Shown one piece after another: positions 39,839 through 48,609 of a stretch of DNA of 64,000 nt. Source of the DNA: an uncultured Nitrospira sp. (lineage in GTDB: Bacteria; Nitrospirota; Thermodesulfovibrionia; Thermodesulfovibrionales; UBA6898); NCBI GenBank assembly GCA_963734475.1, contig CAVTHB010000003.1:60390-124389 (forward strand), read 5' to 3'. How positions within the stretch are numbered: position 1 is the first letter of the stretch; each line of letters opens with the position of its first letter. Under the pieces are notes generated by a model, which had not been told where the DNA came from, made no database searches, and saw only the letters and a program-made list of their open reading frames with translations. Position numbers and translations under genes: made by a program.

Positions 39839-41069
39839 TTATGGCCTCTGCTGACACATCCGGGCATACAGACCCTACGAGAACCTCATTACTATGATAA
39901 ACCTTTATCGGTGAGGAAATCTCGTCGACAGCGTGCTGCAGCCCTATAGCGCAAGTCTGACACGGGGTAACGACAGCTTCGGAAGCCGTGGCCTCCGCTT
40001 CCCTTATCCGGCCTGCTGACATCTTCAACTGGACCTCGGGATAGGCGAGTTTCAGTCCGCCCCCCATGCCGCAGCAGGAAGAAAACGACCTGTGCCTCGG
40101 CATCTCTACCAGCCTTATCCCGGGTATTGCCCTGAGTACCTGTCGCGGTTCATCGTATATATTATTATGGCGGCCCAGATGGCACGGGTCATGGTAGGTG
40201 ATTGTCAGCGGCACCCCCCGCCTCAGCAGCAGCCGTCCATCGTGAATCAGGATGTTCAGGAACTGTGTGAGGTGTAGTACTTTAGGCGCATCCGCCCAAA
40301 TACCAGCATAGTCAGAGTGGAGCCCCTTATAGCAGCCGGCACACGAAACTACAAGGGTCTTTATTCCCATCTGTCTTATCATTTCAGCCCTTAGCCATGC
40401 CTCCCGCAGGAAATCACCGTCCCCCATGCGTCTTAATTTGCTTGCACAGCAGGGTTCGTCATTGCCGAGGATCGAGAAGTCTATCCCTGCCTCCTGGAGC
40501 AGACGGGCAGACTGTACGGCAACCGCCTGCTGTGACGGGTCATAGCTGGCGGTACACCCCGCGAAGTAGAGGACCGGGGCGGGATGCTCTTTCCAGAGGC
40601 GGAGAGGCTTCAGGAGAAATCCTGATTCCCATGCCTTATCGGCCCAGAGTCCGCGCTCCTGCTGAGGTCTGCTGTAAGAGTTGTTGAACTCCTTGATGGC
40701 AGAGAGCTGTTTAATCTGGCCTGGGGGCTGAGGGAACCCCGCCTTTACGAGGGAAGCCCTTGACTGTTCCCAGAGTTCAGGCGTATTGATGCGCACCGGA
40801 CAGACAACATGACATTGTCCGCAGGCAGAACATTCGTACAGGCTGTCAATGAATTCCTGCTGTTCCGTGTTGTCGAGACTGTCCCGCACAATCTTCCGGA
40901 GGAACTTTATCTTAGACCGTGCCGTAACCAATTCTCTGCTGTCCCGGGCATAGACCGGACACCACTGCCGGCATTCACCGCAGCGGGTGCAGGCATCCAG
41001 CTCAACGAGCTGTCTCCATGTCAGTCCTTCAGCGATCCGGTCGCCCTGTGTTTTGAGATGTCCGGCCAA
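39816..41069 (-). CDS. HdrD/DsrK/GlpC-family Fe-S oxidoreductase, copy 2
   Basis: The ferredoxin motifs are CTRCGECRQWCP and CSACGQCHVVCP. The CCG motifs are EPCCASK and SSCCGMGGG. Confidence 0.85.
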   Translation of the reverse strand: MAGHLKTQGDRIAEGLTWRQLVELDACTRCGECRQWCPVYARDSRELVTARSKIKFLRKIVRDSLDNTEQQEFIDSLYECSACGQCHVVCPVRINTPELWEQSRASLVKAGFPQPPGQIKQLSAIKEFNNSYSRPQQERGLWADKAWESGFLLKPLRLWKEHPAPVLYFAGCTASYDPSQQAVAVQSARLLQEAGIDFSILGNDEPCCASKLRRMGDGDFLREAWLRAEMIRQMGIKTLVVSCAGCYKGLHSDYAGIWADAPKVLHLTQFLNILIHDGRLLLRRGVPLTITYHDPCHLGRHNNIYDEPRQVLRAIPGIRLVEMPRHRSFSSCCGMGGGLKLAYPEVQLKMSAGRIREAEATASEAVVTPCQTCAIGLQHAVDEISSPIKVYHSNEVLVGSVCPDVSAEAIIDAFSRL

Positions 41070-41860
41070 TAGATATCCTTTCTTTCAAACTCCGCAGAGG
41101 CGTTTAATGCTATGACCATGGGTGCGGAGATGCTGTGTATAAGTTTGCTGTGGGGCAGGTAGACAAGCAGGCCAATTCCGCTGAAAGCATGTAAGCACCA
41201 GCAGGCGGTCAGCCAGGGCTGGAGCTGAACTACAGTATAGGAACCCGGTGGTATGAAAAGAGAGCCCATGAAGGAATAGCGAGAGATTTCAGGCGGTACA
41301 AGCGACAGTCGCAACCCCTCCAGTACGAACCCTGAAAGCGTTAGCCAGAGAAGGAACAGGAGGAGCCAGACATCTGCCTGTTCAGTGCCCTGCTGCGAAG
41401 GCCTCAGGAGAAAACGTCTGACCGAGGCCGCGGCAAGTCCGGTAAGAAGAAAGAGGCCGAAGGTATCACCCCAGACCTTCACCAATATATGACCTTTGGC
41501 TGAAGAGAAAAAATGTCTCGCCGCGCTGTATACATCCGCCATCCCGAGGGCAGAGGCGATGCAGGTAGTCAGGGAAAGCAGGGCGAGAGAAAAAAATCCC
41601 CAGAAGATGAGCATATGAATACCCCAGCGGGCCGGGGAGAGTATGAAGATCTGACGCTGGAAGAGTATTTCAGTAATACATATTTTCAGTGCAGCCCCCG
41701 GGTTCTTCCTGGAGACGGCGCCTGTTTTTGTTCCGCGTGACCACCTCTTCCAGATACGGAAAAAAGAATAATCCATATACCCGTGGGCAAAGAGAGCGGC
41801 TGTCCAGAAAATGGCCCACGGTTTAGCATAATGCATCGGCTGGGGGTCGAACATATTCAA
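41021..41860 (-). CDS. NarI/DsrM/HdrE-like integral membrane subunit, copy 2
   Basis: Multi-TM protein with His motifs (WGIHMLIFWGF, LHAF...YLPHSKLIH). Confidence 0.7.
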   Translation of the reverse strand: MNMFDPQPMHYAKPWAIFWTAALFAHGYMDYSFFRIWKRWSRGTKTGAVSRKNPGAALKICITEILFQRQIFILSPARWGIHMLIFWGFFSLALLSLTTCIASALGMADVYSAARHFFSSAKGHILVKVWGDTFGLFLLTGLAAASVRRFLLRPSQQGTEQADVWLLLFLLWLTLSGFVLEGLRLSLVPPEISRYSFMGSLFIPPGSYTVVQLQPWLTACWCLHAFSGIGLLVYLPHSKLIHSISAPMVIALNASAEFERKDIYWPDISKHRATGSLKD

Positions 41861-41878
41861 AACCTGCAGCTCATGATT

Positions 41879-42202
41879 TCAATCGCCCGTGTCTCTTTCA
41901 AAGACTATACTGACGTCCCTGGGCACAGCAAGCCCTGCCTCAACTTCCAGCGCCTTGAGAATGCCTGACGGGACAGGACAGGCAACATGCTTCAGACAGG
42001 TTGCCCCCTTTGTGTATACCGGGTTGTCAAGGACCCTCTTGAAGGCGTCCATAAAGTTTAATTCAGGCAACTCCGTTCCCAGCTTCTCCGCCATTTTGCA
42101 TTCGGAGGTTATAGTCAGTGTGAAAGTCTTCTTGTCCTTCTTTTTCACCACTACCGTTACCAGCATTCCGCAGGCACCGGGCTGTATCTTTATTTTCGCC
42201 AT
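41879..42202 (-). CDS. Small 4-Cys hypothetical protein
   Basis: 107-aa ORF with Cys at positions 11, 35, 69 and 75. It sits between the RACo gene and the first membrane subunit. No family recognised. Confidence 0.5.
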   Translation of the reverse strand: MAKIKIQPGACGMLVTVVVKKKDKKTFTLTITSECKMAEKLGTELPELNFMDAFKRVLDNPVYTKGATCLKHVACPVPSGILKALEVEAGLAVPRDVSIVFERDTGD

Positions 42203-42234
42203 AGTGTCCTCGATTCACCATTCACCATTCACTA

Positions 42235-44226
42235 CTATCCCTTAATACTTGGCGCAACAGGCTCCTTCTGTTCTTCCAGCATAGCCTTAAGGTTAGGGAA
42301 TTTGTCTTTCATGTGCGGGATATGCATCGCCTGCATGAACTCCTTTTCGAATGCCGGCTCTGTCGCGATCTCTACAAATTCGACCCACCTGGCGCGTTCA
42401 TCAGCTTCTTTTCTCTTGTTCCTGTTGAGCAGCGCCATCCTCGATCCGTCGCCTGCTGCATTGCCGACGACGACGACCTTTTCGATAGGCACATCAGGGA
42501 ACATGCCTAGCGTCAGTGACGCCTCCCGGTCGATATGGCTGCCGAAGGCACCGGCAAGTTCAACGCGGTCCAGTTTTGTGACGCCCATTTTCTGCATCAT
42601 CAGCTTTGCGCCGGCATAAAGTGCGCCTTTTGCAAGCTGGAGGGCCCTGACATCACCCTGTGTTACAGTGATATCCTGGCCTATGGAAGTCTCCTCTGCC
42701 CATGCAAGCACATACTCCGGCTTGCCCTCAGAACTTTTCCTGACTCTGCTGGTGTCGGCATCAGGAACAAACTTGCCCGTTTTGTCGATTATGCCTGCCT
42801 TGAACATCTCGGCTATTACATCTATGATCGCCGAGCCGCATATGCCCTTAGCATTGATCTTGCCTTCGATATGGGTGTGCCAGTCAGCCTTGCCGATCAC
42901 TTTGTACTGTGCTTCCTTTGTTGCCGGATCGATCTTCACCTTCTCGATTGCGCCGGGGGCCGCTCTCATCCCGAACTTGATCTGGGCGCCTTCGAACGCG
43001 GGTCCTGTGGCACATGAGGTCGAACAGACCCTGTCCTTATTACCCAGAAGAAGTTCGCCGTTCGTGCCGATGTCTATAATGAGCACCATATCGTCCTGGA
43101 AATACTGCTCTTGAGCGATGAGCACACCGACATTGTCAGCACCGACGAAACCGGCCTCGATCGGCAGCACATGTATGAATGAGCCTGGGTTGATCCTCAG
43201 TCCGAGATCGCGGGCCTTGATATCAAGAGAACGCTGCACCGCGGGTATAAAGGGTGAACGGCCGATATAGACGGGATTGAGACCAAGGAAGATATGGTGC
43301 ATCGCCGTGTTGAAGACGATCGTAAGGTCGTCTATAGCATGACCGGGATGAGGGCCGTTTTTCCTTATTTCCGAGACAACTTTTTCGATAATCTCATTAA
43401 GGCCTGCAATGATCGCATCCTGCATGGTCTTCAGTCCTTCAGGATTTGTCATGGCGTAGGTTATTCGGGACATTACGTCCTCACCGTATGGCACCTGAGG
43501 GTTCATCATCGACTCCGTATTGATTACTTTTCCGGTGCTGAGGTCGCAGAGATAACCAACACACGTTGTTGTTCCGATATCAACGGCAAGACCGTAGCAC
43601 GCGTCGACATGACCAGGCTCAACTTTAATTATCTCCTTGCCCTGCCAGACAGTTACAGTGATGGTCCAATCTCCGTCCCGCAGGGCGTCCTGAAGCTTGA
43701 GCAGGACCTGAAAATCGAAGGTCAGATCCTTGATGCCATAAATGTCCGACATCGCGGTTATGACCCGCTCATAGTCGCCTGTACTCATATCGTGCAGAGT
43801 GGGGGGGGTGAATGTAAGCGTGTATTTTTTCACCGCAGGGTCAAGCGCGATCACAAGCTCTTTAGCGGCCTTTCGCACTACCTGTTTGCCGGCCCTGGAC
43901 CTCTCAGGCACAAACACCTTCAGGTCCCCGTGGATCTCGCAGGAACAGGCGAGTCTCACCCCGGGGCCGTCTTCCGGTTTCAGATGCTTCAACTCATCCG
44001 GCGTAGGTTGGGCCGGCGTAATATGCGCCATGCCGGATTCGAGATTGTCCTTCTCAGAATAGCCCTCCTCGATCCTGACCTTGCATTTGCCGCAGACCTT
44101 CTTGTCCCCGCAAAGTGCTTCGAGGTCAACGCCGAGAAGCTGCGCTGCCTTGAGAATTGTTGTGCCTTCCTCTATTTCTCCGCGCCTGCCTGCAGGCTGG
44201 AAAATCACCTTGAATTTACGACTCAT
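42235..44226 (-). CDS. RACo-type reductive activator of corrinoid proteins ([2Fe-2S] ferredoxin + ASKHA ATPase)
   Basis: The N-terminus has a plant-type ferredoxin motif CGDKKVCGKCKV...RLACSC. The ASKHA phosphate motifs are VDIGTTT and IDIGTNGE. Confidence 0.88.
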   Translation of the reverse strand: MSRKFKVIFQPAGRRGEIEEGTTILKAAQLLGVDLEALCGDKKVCGKCKVRIEEGYSEKDNLESGMAHITPAQPTPDELKHLKPEDGPGVRLACSCEIHGDLKVFVPERSRAGKQVVRKAAKELVIALDPAVKKYTLTFTPPTLHDMSTGDYERVITAMSDIYGIKDLTFDFQVLLKLQDALRDGDWTITVTVWQGKEIIKVEPGHVDACYGLAVDIGTTTCVGYLCDLSTGKVINTESMMNPQVPYGEDVMSRITYAMTNPEGLKTMQDAIIAGLNEIIEKVVSEIRKNGPHPGHAIDDLTIVFNTAMHHIFLGLNPVYIGRSPFIPAVQRSLDIKARDLGLRINPGSFIHVLPIEAGFVGADNVGVLIAQEQYFQDDMVLIIDIGTNGELLLGNKDRVCSTSCATGPAFEGAQIKFGMRAAPGAIEKVKIDPATKEAQYKVIGKADWHTHIEGKINAKGICGSAIIDVIAEMFKAGIIDKTGKFVPDADTSRVRKSSEGKPEYVLAWAEETSIGQDITVTQGDVRALQLAKGALYAGAKLMMQKMGVTKLDRVELAGAFGSHIDREASLTLGMFPDVPIEKVVVVGNAAGDGSRMALLNRNKRKEADERARWVEFVEIATEPAFEKEFMQAMHIPHMKDKFPNLKAMLEEQKEPVAPSIKG

Positions 44227-44295
44227 TTATATATCCTCCCTGAAATCTTTGTAGTTACTGACCTGGCCTTTATAGAGTTAAAAACATTCAAAGCC

Positions 44296-44360
44296 GTCAT
44301 GCCCGGGCTTGATCCCGGCATCCAGTGATTCCGGATTCCCCCGCTCAGGTGGGGAATGAC
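44296..44360. repeat. REP-like double hairpin of the same family, intergenic copy
   Basis: The arms are gtcatgcccgggcttgatcccggcatcc ... gattcccccgctcaggtggggaatgac. Confidence 0.75.
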
Positions 44361-44478
44361 AAGAATGGGACTTTTATAATGACTTTTTACATATATATTT
44401 ACTCACCGTTGTCCCGCACAAAGTGCGCAACGCAAATAATATCTGAACTACCTACGGCATATCATCCAAAACTTCGGA

Positions 44479-45132
44479 CTACAGGCTTATTTTATTGCCT
44501 CCTCCGTTTTTTCTTGAATAGGGGCAGACTGTCACGCAGAAGCCGCAGTTAGGCTTGCCTTCAAGACTCTGCCGTTCCTGTTTGAGCGCTGAGCATTTGT
44601 CATAGAAAACCATCTCCTTGCGAGGCTCGTTTACAGACCAGTGGTCACCCCTGATCGCACCTGAAGGACAATGCGTTACACAGAGATCGCAGTCCCCGCA
44701 CTCAGACTCCCGCATCGGCTCATCAGGATCCAGCGGTGCATTGGTCAGCACGGTTGCCCAGGAGAGTTTTGAGCCGTATTGCCGGTTGATCACAAGCCCG
44801 TTCTTCCCGACCCACCCGAGACCCGAACAGGTGGCTGCTGTCTTGTGGCAGAAGAGTTTGTAGAGCTTTGTTATGAGCTTGTCTTTCCTCCTGTCTGAAT
44901 CAGGGGGTATGACGAGATTCAGGTAGCCTCTTGATCTCAGCCAATCCTCAGCCAGTCCCTGAAGTTTTAAGAGCATTTCAACGGTTTCACGGTTCAGACT
45001 CCTGTTGACTGCTATTGCCACACCGCGGTTCAGGTGAAGTATCTCGCTCGACAGAGCTTTGGTAATGTCGCCTATGCCGACGAGGGTAGCACCCTCCTTT
45101 TTCAGATACTGCTTGAGCATGTCTGAATTCAC
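44479..45132 (-). CDS. QueG/RdhA-related 2x[4Fe-4S] protein (short form)
   Basis: The Fe-S motifs are CGDCDLCVTHCP and CGFCVTVCP. The preceding region resembles the epoxyqueuosine-reductase core (GLGWVGKNGLVI). Confidence 0.6.
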   Translation of the reverse strand: MNSDMLKQYLKKEGATLVGIGDITKALSSEILHLNRGVAIAVNRSLNRETVEMLLKLQGLAEDWLRSRGYLNLVIPPDSDRRKDKLITKLYKLFCHKTAATCSGLGWVGKNGLVINRQYGSKLSWATVLTNAPLDPDEPMRESECGDCDLCVTHCPSGAIRGDHWSVNEPRKEMVFYDKCSALKQERQSLEGKPNCGFCVTVCPYSRKNGGGNKISL

Positions 45133-45135
45133 GGT

Positions 45136-45822
45136 TTATTGCTTCGCCGCCTTCTCGTCTCTGAGCTTCTTGAGGAACGCGACCATCTTGATTGCCTCCT
45201 TGAGAGCGTTGCTGGCATCCTCTGCATAACCGTCAGCGCCCCACTTGTCGGCAAGATCCTTGGAAGTCGGAGCTCCACCGATCATGACCATGCAATTGGG
45301 GTTCTTTTCCTTGATCTTTTCGATCACCTTCGGCATACCGACCATGGAAGTCGTCATCATTGCAGAGAGGCAGACAAGGTCTGAGTCAGTCTTGAGCTGT
45401 TCTTCAACGAACTTGTCCAGAGGGACATCCCTGCCAAGGTCATAGACATTGAAGCCTGCAACGTCAAACATCATCTTGACGAGGTTTTTGCCGATATCAT
45501 GCACATCCCCTTCAACAGTCCCGATGACAACAGAACCCTTTACGCCAAGGTCCATCTGCTTGCAATGCGGCTTAAGGATCTCAAGACCTGCGTAGAGGGC
45601 GTCGGCGCACATGAGGATCTCGGGTACGAAATATTCCTGCGCCTCAAAAAGCCGTCCGACTTCCTCCATGCCTGACACCAGACCGTCAAAGATGGCCTCG
45701 TTGGCGTCCAGACCAGCCTCAAGCGCCTCGTTAGCGCCTTCCTTGCACGCGTCCTCATCATACTGTATGACGCCGTTTCTCAATTTCTCGAAGATTTCTT
45801 TCTTTTTAGTTTCGTCTGCCAT
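45136..45822 (-). CDS. Corrinoid (cobalamin-binding) methyl-carrier protein, MtaC/MtbC-like
   Basis: It has a B12-binding cap helix bundle and a Rossmann domain with the DxHxxG motif (GDVHDIGKN). Confidence 0.9.
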   Translation of the reverse strand: MADETKKKEIFEKLRNGVIQYDEDACKEGANEALEAGLDANEAIFDGLVSGMEEVGRLFEAQEYFVPEILMCADALYAGLEILKPHCKQMDLGVKGSVVIGTVEGDVHDIGKNLVKMMFDVAGFNVYDLGRDVPLDKFVEEQLKTDSDLVCLSAMMTTSMVGMPKVIEKIKEKNPNCMVMIGGAPTSKDLADKWGADGYAEDASNALKEAIKMVAFLKKLRDEKAAKQ

Positions 45823-46850
45823 TACTTTTTACCTCCATAATGAATAGTTTCATCCAACATAGCCTTCATATTCTGTGGCGGCACTGTGGGCCAGATGTCG
45901 CATCCAGGCCAGACTGCGCTAACACCGTCATCAATGCATTTCCTGACAGTCGACCTGACAAGCTCCTCGCTCCCTGAGACGAGAACATTGTAGGCGTCCA
46001 TATTGCCAAAGATAAGCGCGTCCTTGCCGAGTTTCTTCCTGGACTCCGCGACATCGTTTTTCTGTTCAACGCTTATGGCTGTGGGACCTGCGTCCATCAT
46101 GGACGTGACAATGTCGTTCGTCTTGCCGCAGATGTGGAGCACAGAGAAGACCGATATTGACTTGATCACCTTTTGGAGCGGCGGCAGGATGAGACTTTTA
46201 AAGACCCTCGGGCTCAGGACATCACTGGTTGCTCCCATTTCCCTGACCGTGATATAGTCCACGCCCGCCTTCTCATATTCCTTTGCGGCAAGTATGAGCG
46301 CGTCGGCACAAATATCCAGAAGCTTCGCGACCTTGTCCGCCTTCTTGAAGGAGAGCTTAAGCAGGTCGTTCAATTCCATGATCTGGCCCGCAAGTGTGAA
46401 GGGGCCAAGAACGTACGTGCCGACAGCGACATCATTGCCGATGTCAGCCTTAAGCAGTCGTATAGCTTCCCTCATCATCGGGAGCCTTCCTTTTTCAGAA
46501 AAGCCGTCAGGAATCTTTATGTTGTCCATTTCAGCTTCATTGTGGATGAGTTTTTCCTTGATAGTCGGATAGAGGATGCCCTCTGCGTGGGGATAGACAT
46601 TGATCATACAACCCAGAGCCTCCGCCTCGACACAGAGGTCAACAGGCACAACCCCGCACTCATAGCCGAAGAGCTTGTAGGTGGTTGCAGCGGTCTCTGC
46701 CATCTGCTTTGCATCAAGGTGGATGCCGGCGAATTTGAAGCCGAGCTTGTTAATACCGGTCTCGGTTATGTTGCCCATCCCGCTGAAGCAGGGGACCCGG
46801 TCGATTGGCTCGCCCTTGAAGAGTTTCAGCACTCTTTCTCTTGAATTCAT
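45822..46850 (-). CDS. UroD-family methylcobamide methyltransferase (MtaA/MtbA/CmuA-like) with a Zn-thiol motif
   Basis: It has MtaA-like N-terminal RVL..FKGEPIDRVP, the VEAEALGC motif, and candidate zinc ligands LHICG ... WPGCD. Confidence 0.85.
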   Translation of the reverse strand: MNSRERVLKLFKGEPIDRVPCFSGMGNITETGINKLGFKFAGIHLDAKQMAETAATTYKLFGYECGVVPVDLCVEAEALGCMINVYPHAEGILYPTIKEKLIHNEAEMDNIKIPDGFSEKGRLPMMREAIRLLKADIGNDVAVGTYVLGPFTLAGQIMELNDLLKLSFKKADKVAKLLDICADALILAAKEYEKAGVDYITVREMGATSDVLSPRVFKSLILPPLQKVIKSISVFSVLHICGKTNDIVTSMMDAGPTAISVEQKNDVAESRKKLGKDALIFGNMDAYNVLVSGSEELVRSTVRKCIDDGVSAVWPGCDIWPTVPPQNMKAMLDETIHYGGKK

Positions 46851-46875
46851 AAATTACTGTCTCCTTTCAAATCTC

Positions 46876-47829
46876 TCATTTTTTCTTTCTGCCCCCGCCT
46901 GTCTGAAGCTTTCCGATAAAGTCGGCAAAGTATTTTCTTATAGGGAGGTTTTCATTTTCAAAGATATCGCCTGTCTCCTCATAGACCAATGTTGAGAGGA
47001 GCATATGAGCGCTCGCAACAGCAGGAAAGACTCTGGGGGCTGTAACCGCAGGTCCGCAGAAGTTAAAGTCGCTCCATAAGGCAGACGCCATCCCCTGCAC
47101 TACCGCGTCCATGGCCTTGAACCCGTCGAGACCCCATTTAGCCTTAATCTCACCCCACATGTGAGTCCCGTTTGAATATGCGCCGCCGCAGGGCAGTCCG
47201 TGTTTCTCCTTTATGAGTCTGTTCGCGACAAGAGAAAAAGAAGTGGAAGGCAGGTTCATGACAGAGGTGTCGATGATCGTAGTTTCAAAATCGCCGGCGC
47301 CCTGGGCAAGGAGTGCTTCGAGTGACTTCACCCTGCCCGCAGGGGTCTGGTCCTGGTCGTCAAAGGCCTGTATAACAACATGTTTGATCCCGAGGTCCTT
47401 CAGCTTCCGGACCTGGCCCTTTATGTCCTTGTCCCAAGGGGTTATGCTGTTGTACAGGAATTTGTCCTGGACCCCGAGTTTTGCTACGTACTCCGTTGCC
47501 TTGGCCCTCTGTTCAGCCACCCACATGTCTATGCCAAAGGGCATGTCAGTTGTCTCGAGGTAAAAATCTATATAAATCTTCGCTTCCTCGGGGGAATTTG
47601 CCACCATCGCCACCATTCCCGGGATGCCTGTCACCTTTGCCATTTCTTCCTGTTTTCTTATAATTTCGATTGCACGCTGACGGTCAAAATTGCCCTTCCT
47701 GTCCTGGACTATCTTGTCCTTGTTATGGAACATGGAAGATATCATCAGCGGTGGATTCTCTCCCGGCTGCCCTCCTATCTTTATGTTGTTGAGGCTGAAA
47801 ACCTTCTGTTCTTTTTCAAATCTGAACAT
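46876..47829 (-). CDS. MtrH-family methyl-pterin:corrinoid methyltransferase
   Basis: Length and sequence pattern (IGGQPGENPPLMISSMFH...) are as in tetrahydromethanopterin S-methyltransferase subunit H homologues. Confidence 0.8.
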   Translation of the reverse strand: MFRFEKEQKVFSLNNIKIGGQPGENPPLMISSMFHNKDKIVQDRKGNFDRQRAIEIIRKQEEMAKVTGIPGMVAMVANSPEEAKIYIDFYLETTDMPFGIDMWVAEQRAKATEYVAKLGVQDKFLYNSITPWDKDIKGQVRKLKDLGIKHVVIQAFDDQDQTPAGRVKSLEALLAQGAGDFETTIIDTSVMNLPSTSFSLVANRLIKEKHGLPCGGAYSNGTHMWGEIKAKWGLDGFKAMDAVVQGMASALWSDFNFCGPAVTAPRVFPAVASAHMLLSTLVYEETGDIFENENLPIRKYFADFIGKLQTGGGRKKK

Positions 47830-47927
47830 TACATCTCCTTTTTACGGGGATTATGATAATATAAAATATGCGTTTAACTCAGGGCAGCTTACCTTCGACT
47901 GAAGGTCGCTGCCTTTCTTTTTTTCAC

Positions 47928-48014
47928 CAGGTTCAGGCTAAGGCTAAGGTTGAGGGAAAAACTCAGGAGCATACTTGTCTTTCTTTACCTCTACCTTAAC
48001 CTCAGCCCTTGATC
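47928..48014. repeat. Palindromic element with hexamer-phased GGCTAA/AGGTNA arms (family D)
   Basis: The arms are ggttcaggctaaggctaaggttgaggg ... ctttacctctaccttaacctcagccc. Confidence 0.6.
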
Positions 48015-48019
48015 TTATT

Positions 48020-48466
48020 CTAAAATACTCCGTGATCGAACTTCGGAGGAGGCAGGTACTCCCATTTCTCGCCTTTCCGGTATTTCGCCTCGATATCGAG
48101 ACATTTCAGGGCATACTCAAAGGCATACGGGATGCCCGGTCCGCCGGGAACAAAGCCGGCCAATATCATGCCTACAGACGCGGCTTCGAATATCTCACCT
48201 GTAGTGGCGCCTGCGTTGATTGCGGGAATGACATGGATGATGCAGCGGGGCGAACAGTATGCGACTCCGCCGGACATGAACATCAGTTCCTTCACCTTCC
48301 TTGAAAGTGCGCCGTCCCCAAAGATGCTGGCATAGAAGTCAGCAAAGGTCCTGCCGGGTTCAGGGGTGACGGTATTGATGATCTGGAACATCCTGGGAAC
48401 AAATCCGCACTGTTTTTTCATGTACTCATTAACTTCTTCTACAGTCATTTTCTTTGCATCTGACAT
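48020..48466 (-). CDS. Carboxymuconolactone decarboxylase (AhpD-like) family protein
   Basis: CMD-family pattern with CSPRC. A GGAGGA RBS precedes the ATG at 48466. The track start is 48517. Confidence 0.7.
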   Translation of the reverse strand: MSDAKKMTVEEVNEYMKKQCGFVPRMFQIINTVTPEPGRTFADFYASIFGDGALSRKVKELMFMSGGVAYCSPRCIIHVIPAINAGATTGEIFEAASVGMILAGFVPGGPGIPYAFEYALKCLDIEAKYRKGEKWEYLPPPKFDHGVF

Positions 48467-48609
48467 TTTCTTTCCTCCTTCTGCTTTGTTTCCGGCCTGA
48501 GGCCGCAATTGTTTCAAAAACCTAAAATTCCTATTTGCACCTCCCCGTGCAATGGACTTCGTAACGCCCTTTTTTACCTTTTATTCACCTCCCATCAGGG
48601 TTAATAATT

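Noticed and set aside
43294-44328. Long plus-strand ORF (344 aa) antisense to the RACo gene. Similar antisense ORFs occur at 3650-4432, 19069-19830, 33231-33779, 46173-46844, 55402-56202 and 36543-37223.
   Set aside because: Each lies entirely opposite a gene with clear family signatures and has a low-complexity or Arg/Ser-rich translation with no motifs. They are typical shadow ORFs.
44227-44478. I searched the leader regions of the corrinoid operons (44227-44478, 50020-50307) for a cobalamin riboswitch B12-box.
   Set aside because: I could not recognise the conserved B12-box or the surrounding helices by eye. A covariance-model scan would be needed to exclude one.
47885-47926. Hairpin ggcagc...gctgcc followed by a T-run, which looks like an intrinsic terminator.
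   Set aside because: The T-run follows the hairpin only on the plus strand, where no gene ends. On the minus strand, where the flanking genes lie, the A-run precedes the stem. I cannot support a role from sequence alone.
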